Below, piece after piece: positions 22,740-33,514 of a stretch of 39,686 bases of DNA. This DNA is from Neoconidiobolus thromboides FSU 785. Its lineage: Eukaryota > Fungi > Entomophthoromycota. Each line of letters begins with the position of its first letter. Position 1 is the stretch's first letter. The stretch covers positions 1-39,686 of the forward strand of contig MU626433.1 in the NCBI GenBank assembly GCA_025603075.1. The letters are read 5' to 3'. The translations under genes were made by a program, and so were the position numbers. The notes under the pieces are model-generated. The model did no database searches. It worked only from the letters and a program-made list of their open reading frames with translations, and was not told the origin of the DNA.

Positions 22740-23700
22740 AGTATATTAAGTAATATATTAGAAGAAACCTTTAAGCCACTAGAACTTCCTGAGCTATCCG
22801 AGCTGAGACTTCTAAATAAGTATTTATCCAAAGTAGTGAATTTAGTGATTCAAAGCAATTCACTTATTCCAGATACAACGAATTTAATTATCAAAAATAT
22901 CAAACGTTTCAAGCGGGATTTATCAAAGAGAGTCAATAATCAATGAAATATACCAACATCAATATTAACAACTATAAACTATTATTAGGGTGTTCAAATG
23001 TAGTATCAACTCATTATTTATGTTTACTAAAAAAGATTCATAATTTTAAAAGTCGAATTTAAAGGGAAGTTATCTTCTATGAAATAACTTCCAATCCAAG
23101 GGTATGAATATTTAAGTCTTTTGTTATCTCTGAATTTTTAAATAAAGTATTTGAAATTCAAGGTAAAAATATGGTTATCAAAGAAATTATTAAATAGACA
23201 CTTTGATTTTCGTTATACTGAAGGTTGGAAATTTAAATTAATTTGAAAGTATCAAATTATTCTATTATAACAATTGTTTGTTTAATATGCGTTATAATGA
23301 TAGTATTATTATTATTATTGTGTTATTTTAAAATAACAATTCAATTATATTAAGCCATATATTACTAGAAGCTATCAATTTTGATATATTAAATGATAAA
23401 TTTAAAGCAAATTTATTTGTGTAGTTTATTTATTCGATCATTTAAAACTGTTTTGTTGTTAATAAATATTAAGAAAAATTCAACTTGGTCTTGTTAGTTT
23501 TAATTTAGGAGATGAGGAAAATAATGAAATTAACAGAAATCGATTAATTACATGTAAATTTGTAAAACAAGTTACTATGAATTTTTCAATACATCAATTG
23601 AACAGTTCAATTTCTTTTTAGCTACTTTTCTTGATATTCAACTATTAACTTTTAAAAATTATCTTGTTTTAAATTTAGAGACAAAGTTAACTAAGTTATC
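22740..23700 (+). pseudogene. Second, older F-box paralog relic
   Basis: Frame SNILEETFKPLELPELSELRLLNKYLSKVV is F-box-like. TGTAAATTTGTAAAAC near 23555 matches the same string near 22204 in the first F-box gene. Many stops. Confidence 0.55.
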
Positions 23701-24422
23701 TACCTTCTGTTGATTATTGCTCTTATTTAACATAAAGTACAATGTAAAATTATTAAAAATGATTTAACATTAAGTTGGATTGAATGTAAAAATAGGGTTT
23801 TTAACTGATTCTATGTTAGTTTATGATATTACATGTTAATAAACTGTTCTTGTTTTTCTAATAAAATATTCTTACTTACTGCTAGGAATTTTATGTAATG
23901 ATACTCACCTGAATTAAAGAAAGAGCAGTGATTTATTTCGTGGGAAAGTAATAAACTAAATAAACTCAACGAAGACAACTCAAGGAGCCCGGAAAGGAAC
24001 TTGGAAAAATTTGGCCATTTTGTTCCAGTCTTAGATTCTGAAGTGAGTGCCAGAGCGTATTTGATTTCGCATTTGAGAAATCAAACCCGTTTGAGTGAGA
24101 CCTGTAAAGATGGTGGGCCATTGAAATTATTTTTAGTTTAAATAAAAAACAATGACAGTTTATCAAGGAATGCCTAGATTCAATTATATTAAAAATCGTA
24201 ATCTATAAAACAAGCCCAAATAAAAGACAGCTTAATAAGCTCAACAAATGAACACTTGATTACTAACATTTGTATTGTATAATTTACAAATATTGAAATA
24301 GAATCTCACAACCTCAATATTCACATACCATTCATATCAACTGTTTAATCTTAACCCACTTAAATCTATTTCAAGCCTAATACACTTCCAATAAAATTAT
24401 AGAAATTACTTTTGTTTAATAA

Positions 24423-24638
24423 TTATACTAACATCCCATAGCTTTGTATACAACTAAATTTATAACATCCAAATCTACCTAAAGTAGGATCTTTTCTCCA
24501 ATTAGAACGAATTTGTAAACATCTAGTATTAAGGTTGGAAACTTCAACATCATCAACTGGAGTAGTAGCTGGAGCAGCAGTGCAGAGTTGGAAACTGAAA
24601 GCAGGGATAAGTAAAGTAGAAACGATTTTATTAAGCAC
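24423..24638 (-). pseudogene. Secreted Cys-hairpin peptide precursor, copy 1 (degenerate)
   Basis: Homologous to copies 2-4, but has GTG at the ATG position, the second Cys replaced by Arg, and the stop lost with a 7-residue extension. Confidence 0.7.
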
Positions 24639-25921
24639 TGGGGCTAAAATTACGAGGTTGGTATTTAGTTATAAGAGGGCTGGTATTTAGACTACCTTTT
24701 GTCAGATTAAGAATTATTATTAATAATAAATTAGTAGCTTAGCGATGGTTATTTATATTTGTCGGATTTTGATTTTTGCCTGAAAAAGTATTTTAATTCA
24801 TAAGTGTAGGTATAAGAGCTTATTTTATTCATAAATTATCCTTTGATATAGTAATATCATATTCTGGGAACAACAGGAGCAACAAATTTGAATAGATTCT
24901 AAATGATACAGTCATTCAGTTTCTTATTAGAACCACAGAGAAAACAAAAAATAAACTCAATGAAATTTGACTACGGTTTAAAACAATGAAGTTATTTGTT
25001 TTTTTGTTGATGAATTAACTCAGAGCTTATACATTTATAAAAATATATATTTGTATAATTAAAGTTGTAATTATTATAAATTACGATGAATAAGATTGGG
25101 TTTGATGTTTGTTTATAGCTCAATTGGGTATTAAAGATATTGATTTATAAAAACAATCTCACAAAAATGAACATAGATTACATATGAATACTGCTGTATC
25201 ACTTCTTGATGTAAATTTAATTAAATTTTATACATTACTTGATAAATACAACACCAATAAAATAATAACATTTCATTTCTATTTCGTAAAAATTTAATAA
25301 AAGGGGACAATTTAAATATGATAATTCAAACTATGAATCAAGAAAAATAATAAATTGATGAATTCAGCTTATTTGGTCTTTAAGAAATTTATTTTATTGA
25401 AAAACTTTAAAGTTATACATCCTAATTCCTACATACTTAACAAGTTTCATTCCATTTACGCGGATCAAATTCGCTTATTTATATGAATAACTGATCACCT
25501 TTTGATTATGACCTTCTATTGAGCTCACCTATAAAGTACTTGCTTTTTTTGTTAGATAAAATTACTCTTGAAGCTTCTAATATTAAAATAATACATAGTT
25601 TATGATTGAAGTTCTCTATATATAATACGCATAATAGTTAGTTATATTAAGTAAACTTAGTAGCTTTATTAAATGTTCGAGATATTAGGGAACAATTCAG
25701 TTAAAAAGCCTCGAGTTACTGTGTTCTAAAATCTCTTCTATATTCTGACAAGTATGGATATCAAAACGAGAGAATAATACTCTTTGGGATGAAGCTACAA
25801 ATATCCATAGCAAATTAAACTAAGAGCATGGGATTGATTATCTCTGAATTCGAGAGCACAACAACTTAAATGGTTGTTATGTATTAATCAATCATGGAGC
25901 TGGCAAAACGATATTTCACAA

Positions 25922-26022
25922 TATAAAGATATATTTTTTTAAGAATTTTACTAATAATCCTTTTGCTCAAATAGCATTTGAAGATGTAAAAAATAATGAA
26001 GTCAAAAAAACACTCCTTGATA
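25922..26022 (+). mobile_element. Degenerate MITE copy (A)
   Basis: Core AAGAATTTTACTAATAATCC...CAAATAGC...AATAATGAAGTCAAAAAAACACTCC with eroded TIRs. Confidence 0.7.
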
Positions 26023-26387
26023 TTAGTTTCAGTTACGATAATTTTACTAGATTGATTTATTGTATGTTTAACATAATGTTTTTAATTTTATAGTTCATTT
26101 AATATCATTTTTAAGCTTATAAAATAAAATAGGTAATAATTAACTAGTATTAAATTAATATTTTAATTTATTAGTTATGATATTTAAGTTTAATATTAAT
26201 ATAATATAGTTATATTAAAACAAATTAAATGATAAAAATACTATAATAAAATGATGACAGGAATAAAGTTATCATTAAAATCCAGTTTATAAAACTTACT
26301 AGTAATATTGACTCCAAAATTACTCATTATAAAAAAAAACGCTATATAAATATTTGTTATAGCCCTTGTATCCAACAAGTCTGGTAG

Positions 26388-26460
26388 GCTCCGTTAGCTC
26401 AGTTGGCAGAGCGTGGTGCTAATAACGCTAAGGTCATAGGTTCAAGCCCTATACGGAGCA
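26388..26460 (+). tRNA. trnI: tRNA-Ile(AAT), copy 3
   Basis: Identical to copy 1; followed by a T-run terminator. Confidence 0.95.
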
Positions 26461-26857
26461 TGTGTTTTTTAAATTTTTAATATTTTTCAAAAATCATCAT
26501 ATCAATCTACTTTTTTTTAGCACTTTTATTGACAAAAGAATGAATAAATCATATGAAATATAGACTGTTTTAATTAATAAGTTGTAATTTATAATAGAAA
26601 GGGTTGTTTTTAGCAAAAAGCTTTAATGATTACTACCCACTAACCTTATAAATTGGACTCCATAAAGCATTATGGCTCAATATTAAACCATCAAATAAAA
26701 TTGTTAATACATTAAAATAAAGACACTAGATTAAATGGGACCTTGTATAATAACATTAAAATAAGTAATCAATAATCAATAAGTTGTAGTTTATAAAAAT
26801 ATACTAAAGAGTATAAACAGTAAATTTGTTTATTACCAAGTGGGTATTGGTGACGAT

Positions 26858-27082
26858 TTATTTACATTCAAATTTGTAGCATCTGAATCTACCTAAGGCA
26901 GGGTCATACTTCCATTCAGTACAAAGGATAATACAATTGGCACCGATATCATCAGCTGTAGCTAAGATACTTTTTTCACTGATATCGACTTGGGTACCAA
27001 CTGAAGCATCAGCTGGAGCAGCAGCACAAAGCTGTAAACCAAAAGCGGATACAAGTAAAGTAGCTATGATTTTTTTAAGCAT
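26858..27082 (-). CDS. Small secreted Cys-hairpin peptide precursor, copy 2 (74 aa)
   Basis: Signal peptide ending A-AP, acidic pro-region, then CIILCTEWKYDPALGRFRCYKFECK. TATAAATA at 27185-92; putative 5'-UTR intron 27088-27137. Confidence 0.85.
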   Translation of the reverse strand: MLKKIIATLLVSAFGLQLCAAAPADASVGTQVDISEKSILATADDIGANCIILCTEWKYDPALGRFRCYKFECK

Positions 27083-28742
27083 TTTAGCTAAAGGTATTAT
27101 ATTATTATGTGTTAAATGGTTAATATTAAAATATTACTTTTGATTCTGAGTTAACTTTAATCATTTTTTCAAGTTTGTGGAGCCTATTTATACTCTAATC
27201 GAAATAAGATAGAGTTTGATGTGGACAAACAGAGTTTTATTCTAGAAATATAAAACATCTTCATAATAAACATACTGTAATGATTCATTTATCTTGTATA
27301 TAACCATATGAAATCAGATGAATAGATTAGTTAATAAAACTTAGTAATACTGGTAAATAAGAAATCATTATCTTGATTCAAATGAAGCTATAGGTACAAA
27401 CTGTTGACATTGGTATATATGTTATGGTTCAAATTTATAATTTAACAAGTATATTATTTGATATTTATTATATAGAATATTCAAAACTACTTTGGTTCTA
27501 AGCCCATAAAACAATTTAATACTATACTTAGTATTAGTAGTATTTTAATCTTGAACCATATGAAAGCATGTGTTTCAATATAACAATAAATCTGTTTTAA
27601 CCATATGGAACAAGTAGCTTAGGTTAAAAGCTTTTTTTTAGTTAAGAGTCAATTATAGAATGTCGTTTTTAATGACTTCTATTTAAGTAAATAAAGCTGT
27701 ATAACTTATTCGTAACGTCATTAATTCTGGTAATAAACCTCAAGCATTTATGAACCATTGTTAAATTAATTCTTATTTTGACATTGGCTTGAACTTAACA
27801 TAATATTATTTTACTTGGAACAATCGCTTTAAATATATATGGTTGAAGAATCATGACTACGATATACAGATGTATCGGTTTGTCTATAGGCTAACATTGT
27901 AATATGATAAAAACAAATCATTAAAAGTTACCTTAAATGAATGTTAATGAACAATGAACAAATCCTAAATTCGTTATCCAATTTATAATAAAATAAAGCT
28001 AAAAAAAGATAAATAAACAAATCAAATAAAAAATTAACGAATATCATCGCTTTTTTATCATTATTGTTTTTATCCCACCTATTTTTACGAAGATATTGGG
28101 ATGGAGACAAAGTAAAGAACAAATACTAAACTGGAAGTGGCCTTTTAAATCCAAGGTTTTTTAGTTAATCAATTTTTATGTATTATTATTCAAATTGAAA
28201 TTTTACTAACTCAATATGAAACTTCATAACTAAATGACTTCTGTTTTTATTTAAACATATAATCTCAAAGACATTTTCAATAAATTTGATTAATATGTTA
28301 CTATTATCTCACCACTTTACATCAATTTAGAACTAAGTTTAGTAGTTTTTTATAATACACTTGTAATATAAAGTATAATTATAATAACTTCTAATATATT
28401 ATTTCAATATCTTCCTTGTATTAACATGCATTCAGTTATAAACACAATTGGTCTAAAAAGAATAATTAATTTATCTTTACCATATTTTTATAATACTCAA
28501 AGAATCTAAATGAAACTATTTCTAATGATTACACATTATTTTCTGTCTTGAAGTTTTCTTTTTCTCAGCTTTTAATTTTATGGAAATAAAATCACTGCTG
28601 ATCTTTGGGCTATACATCTTCTGAAAAAGATGTATAGCTTCTATGTTATGTATTCTTAGCAATGGACATGAAGTCACTAACAAAGAATCTAATATAAAAA
28701 TTGGAGAAATTGTTATTTCAAAGTATATCATGTCACTAACTA

Positions 28743-28847
28743 TATGGGGATGTTTTTTTTGACTTCATTACTTTTTCCATTTTTTAAGCGCTATTTGAGT
28801 GGAGAAGCTATTAATAAAATTCGTAAACACAAAAATACATCCTCATA
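28743..28847 (-). mobile_element. MITE copy (B)
   Basis: TA|TGGGGATGTTTTT...AAAAATACATCCTCA|TA. Confidence 0.9.
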
Positions 28848-29049
28848 TCTCTATTGCTAAAGATTGAACGTTAATAAAAGAAATTAATATAGGTAAAGTT
28901 CAAATATCAAAGCACTCGTTCATCGTTAAAGAAAATCATACACTTTGAAGTCGATATTTGATTATGCAAGTTATAAATATAAACAAACTTTCAAAGATAT
29001 TAAGATAAAAAAAGATTTTTATTTAATAAAATATCAAACGATTGTTGAT

Positions 29050-29247
29050 TTATTTACATTCCCATTTGTAGCATCTGAATCTACCTAAAGCTGGATCCAT
29101 TTTCCATTCAGTACAGAGGAGTAAGCAGTTAACGCCGGCATTTGGAGCGGCATCAACGGCATCAACTTGATTAGTAGCTGGAGCAGCAGAGATGAGTTGT
29201 AAACCGAAAGCGGATACAAGTAAAGCAGAAACGATTTTGTTAAACAT
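29050..29247 (-). CDS. Small secreted Cys-hairpin peptide precursor, copy 3 (65 aa)
   Basis: Signal + pro + CLLLCTEWKMDPALGRFRCYKWECK. TATA at 29349-56; putative 5'-UTR intron 29253-29301. Confidence 0.85.
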   Translation of the reverse strand: MFNKIVSALLVSAFGLQLISAAPATNQVDAVDAAPNAGVNCLLLCTEWKMDPALGRFRCYKWECK

Positions 29248-31055
29248 TATAACTAAAGAAATTAGGTTAAAGAGGTTAAATGGCTGATACTAAAGGATTA
29301 CTTTGGATTTTGAGTTAACTTTAATAATTTTGTAGAATTTCTAAACTATATTTATACTCTTACTCAATGTATGATGAAATCTTTACATAGTCGAATGATG
29401 AATTTTAAAAAATATAAAATATCTTTACAATAGACGAATATTGTAACAGCTCATTTAATCTTTATAGAACCATATAAAACCAAAACATCCCCACATGTTA
29501 ATGAAACTTAGTGACATTGGCAAATAATAACTTATTATCTTAAGTTAAAATAAAATATGGCTAAAAACTGTCAATATTGATGTTTATGCTATGGTTCAAG
29601 TATCTAATATAACAGGTATATTCTTTGATATTTATTATACAGTGCATTTGTAAAAAGCTTAGTTCTTAAACAACAACTCGATTTACAACTGTATTTACTA
29701 TTAGTAGTATTTTAGTCTTGAACCATACAAAATTATTTATTTAATAAAAATAAAGCTCTTTAGCTATAGATAACCTATGAGTTATGTCAAAAGTTATATT
29801 TAATATATTCCAAAATTTCAAAATACAAAAATACATCTATCGCAGATATGCACTTTCTTTAATAAATATCTGTTATTAGATAGTTGTCTTTATACCAGTT
29901 TAGAATTGTTGTTCCTATTAAATATATCAAATATGAACTTCACCAGAAAAACTATTTAATATTTATAAATGGATTATGACATTTTATTGAATTAAAAATC
30001 AGCTATAAGTTGTCATCAAAAAAGGCTTTCATGTAGATAAGCTGTGTAATTTATTCTTAATGTCATCGATTTTAAGAACAACCTTGAGTAATTATGAACC
30101 ATTGTTTGATTAATTATCAATTTTGACATAGTTTAAACTCACTATAATATTAGTTTATTTATATCAATTGCTTTGAATATATAGTTAAAGGGTCATAATG
30201 CCAGCTTATAAACCTCTTAGTTAGTTTACAGTCGATATCTATATATAATAAAAATAAAATATCAGAATTTATCTAAACTGAATGATAATTATTAAGCTAT
30301 AAGCTTTTTGTCTAATTTATAATATTATAGTGCTAAAAAAAGATAAATAAACAAATTAAATAAAAAATCAAAGAATACTGTCGCTTTATTGTTATCATTG
30401 TTATTATTGTTTCATCTATTTTTATAAAGATTCTAGAATAGAGATAGATTAAAGGAATAATAATAAAGCAAATATAGCCCTTTAGGATTGAAATTTCCAT
30501 GGTTCACCAGTTTTTTAAAATATTATTATAATAATTGAGCATTTAGTTCTAAACAGTTTGATATTAATTTAAGTATCTAATGACTTTTATTTTCATAAAT
30601 ATATATAACTTTAAAGATATTTCCAATAAAGTTGATTAATATGTTACTATTATCTTACTACTTTAGATCAATTCAAGATTACAATGTTTATTTTATCATA
30701 TTGATTATTAAAATTTAGAACTAAGTTTAGTAGTTTTTTATAATACACTTGTAATATAAAGTATAATTATAATAACTTCTAATATATTATTTCAATATCT
30801 TCCTTGTATTAACATGTATTTAGTTATAAACACAATTGGTCTAAAAAGAATAATTAATTTATTTTTATTATATTACTTTTATCATATTATTTTTATCTTG
30901 TTTGCGAAAGTAACGTGTAGCTCTTTTTGATAGTACCGCTTTATTTTATATGATCGTGTATTTTTCTCTTTCCTAACCTTTTACTTCTATGTAGATAAAC
31001 TCAGTACTAACCTTTGGAATGCACACATCCTGGGAAAGAAGTGTAGCTTTTAGAA

Positions 31056-31155
31056 TATGGGGGATGTTTTTTTGACTTCATTACTTTTTCTATTTTTAAG
31101 TGCTATTTAAGCGGAAAAATTGTTAGCAAAATTCTTAAAAAAATATATCCCTATA
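31056..31155 (-). mobile_element. MITE copy (B)
   Basis: TA|TGGGGGATGTTTTT...AAAATATATCCCTA|TA. Confidence 0.88.
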
Positions 31156-31463
31156 TGCATCTTTAGTAACAGATATTTAAAATTACTAACAGAAAATCCA
31201 ATAAAAAAACTGAAAGAAACTCTATGCTAAAGGATGGGTATGTCAGTATCTATATACTTATTACTAAAAAAAAGACTGAATATGATAAACTTTTGAGTGA
31301 AATAAGTTGTTATAGGTAAAATTCAAATAAAAACATTTATTGATGAAAACCACATTTGAGGTCAACATTTAACTATTTATATAGAAATACAGACAAATAT
31401 TTAAAGGTAATAAATTCGTTAAAGTTTTGTTTTTATTTAATAAAATATCAAACGATTGTTGAT

Positions 31464-31661
31464 TTATTTACATTCCCATTTGTAGCATCTGAATCTACCT
31501 AAAGCTGGGTCATTTTTCCATTCAGTACAGAGGAGTAAGCAGTTAACACCGGCCTTTGGAGCAGCTTCAATGGCATCAACTTGGTTAGTAGCTGGAGCAG
31601 CAGAGATGAGTTGTAAACCGAAAGCGGATACAAGTAAAGCAGAAACGATTTTGTTAAACAT
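31464..31661 (-). CDS. Small secreted Cys-hairpin peptide precursor, copy 4 (65 aa)
   Basis: Signal + pro + CLLLCTEWKNDPALGRFRCYKWECK. TATA at 31699-31706; no 5'-UTR intron evident. Confidence 0.85.
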   Translation of the reverse strand: MFNKIVSALLVSAFGLQLISAAPATNQVDAIEAAPKAGVNCLLLCTEWKNDPALGRFRCYKWECK

Positions 31662-32787
31662 TTTAATTTGATAATAAAAAGTGTAAGTTTCGAAAGTCTA
31701 TTTATACTTTTCAATTTTTTTGTCAAAATATTTGAAATTCTAAGTGTACATATTGTTGATTGACTCATTTACTATTCTTTCATCTATATTACTATTTTGT
31801 TTGATGAACAATAGGCGTAATGAGTTATAAACCGATTACAGTAAAATAAGTATTCTATTGATTATCAAAGAACCTTAAAAGAAATTCATAAAATAAATCC
31901 AAATTAAGTAAGCTGCAATCATAATAAGTTACAACTAACGTCATTGGTGTTTGCTATTTATTATGGTTCAAGTAATTATTTAAAATGTTAATTTTTGCCA
32001 ATAATCTTTAAAATTAAACTAACATATAGCTATTGTTCCATCTATCTTTAACACTATGTTGTTTAGATTCTACATAACATTCGGATAATATTTTATTATT
32101 ATTATAAAAACACTAATGTTCAATTCTATTTAGTTAAAATAATAAAACGGAAAATTATTTGAAATATAACTAAACCTCAATTTATGATATTAATAGAAAT
32201 AATAATGAAATTAAAGTATTAAGTCTTTTGAAAATACATTAATTAATATAAAGTAAATGGTCTAGAATTTAATTTCTTTTATCATATATATGACAGTCAA
32301 CTATAAATGGATTATCTAAGCTATTCATTGATTTTCAAATAGATAAATTATTTTCTCAATATAGTAGAAATTTTCGCTATAAGACTAAAGAACTGATTTG
32401 TTCATAAACAGATTTTTAATAACTTTATAGTAGATATTAATGTTTATCATTAAATTTGTATATCGAATAGTTAGTTTTACAAGTAGCTAAAAATCTCATA
32501 AAGTCCGGCTTTTTATATCATGTTAATTATTTTCGTTTGTTATAGTAATAATAAAATTGTTTATATTTTTGAGTATACTTTGGTTTATTTAATTGTTTTA
32601 TTTTCTCTTTACTCTGAGATGCTGTTATTTATAAGATTTTTATGTCATTGATTACTTACGAATAATTGATAAATTTTATAATTAAAGTATATATTTGTAG
32701 TATTTTATTATTATTATAAAGTTATTTTCATTGCTATTTGAAATCAATAGTCAAAGTGGGAGTTGTGATCCTAATAATAGAAAAAGA

Positions 32788-32892
32788 TATGGGAGTGTTT
32801 TTTTCGGCTTCATTATTCTTTCCATCTTTTAAGCGCTATTTGAGTGGAAAACTTGTTAGTAAAATTCTTAAACAAAAAAATATATCCTCATA
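32788..32892 (-). mobile_element. MITE copy (B)
   Basis: TA|TGGGAGTGTTTTT...AAAATATATCCTCA|TA. Confidence 0.9.
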
Positions 32893-33016
32893 TAACTAAA
32901 ATAAAAAAAACTATATAAACTGTATAGTAATTTAAGGAGTTATTGAGCAATGCGATTAGGTAAAGGTATCATAATAAAGTTAATAAGATTGTTATAATCA
33001 TTAAAGCATTAAGATT

Positions 33017-33117
33017 TATGCAATGTGTTTTTCGGTTTCATTACTTTTTCAATTTCTAAGTAATGTTGAGTAGAAAAAATGATAGTAGATTTCTTAAACA
33101 AAAGAGACATCCTTAAT
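33017..33117 (-). mobile_element. Degenerate MITE copy (B)
   Basis: TATGCAATGTGTTTTTCGGTTTCATTACTTTTTC...TTCTTAAACAAAAGAGACATCCTTA; diverged core. Confidence 0.7.
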
Positions 33118-33447
33118 ATTTTATTTAATTGAATATTTTTACTATTTTTATAAAATAATTACTATTTAAAGAAGTTGATTTATATTTTGTAGTTTTATGA
33201 AATAAACTACTGTTTTTCTCCGTATTTTTCATTTTAAAATAAAAATAATAGTTATTTATTAATTAAATGTATAAGCTGTATTAAAAACTTGAATAAAAAC
33301 CCAATAAACTCCCCCAAATATAAAAAGAGAGAATCTAAATGTAATTACTGCAGCTCATAATGTAACAAATTGACTAATCAAAGGCTAAAAAACTTAAGGC
33401 TCAGTAACCATGATTTGTTGTAATTCAACAAATGAGATCTCTTTTTG

Positions 33448-33514
33448 TTAGGGTTAGAGTTAGGGTTAGAGTTAGGGTTAAAGATTAGGGCTAAGATTGA
33501 GGCTAGAGTTAGTG
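33448..33514 (+). repeat. Telomere-like hexamer array (TTAGGG/TTAGAG alternating, then decaying)
   Basis: TTAGGG TTAGAG TTAGGG TTAGAG TTAGGG TTAAAG A TTAGGG CTAAGA TTGAGG CTAGAG TTAGTG. Confidence 0.75.

Larger units (their letters stand above)
27083..31661. repeat. Tandem segmental duplication, units ~27083-29247 and ~29248-31661
   Basis: Colinear similarity across both units, including a 146-bp block with 2 mismatches (28329-28474 vs 30717-30862) and near-identical peptide CDS plus 3' flank at the right end of each unit. Confidence 0.85.

Noticed and set aside
23890-23905. ATACTCACCTG as a U1 snRNA 5' end (similar words at ~1660 and ~35982)
   Set aside because: No U1 stem-loops or Sm site follow; it is simply the reverse complement of a 5' splice-site word.
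24423-31661. Peptide array as a fungal RiPP cluster (dikaritin, borosin or MSDIN type)
   Set aside because: No Kex2-flanked core repeats, no MSDIN leader, and no DUF3328, methyltransferase or prolyl oligopeptidase gene nearby.
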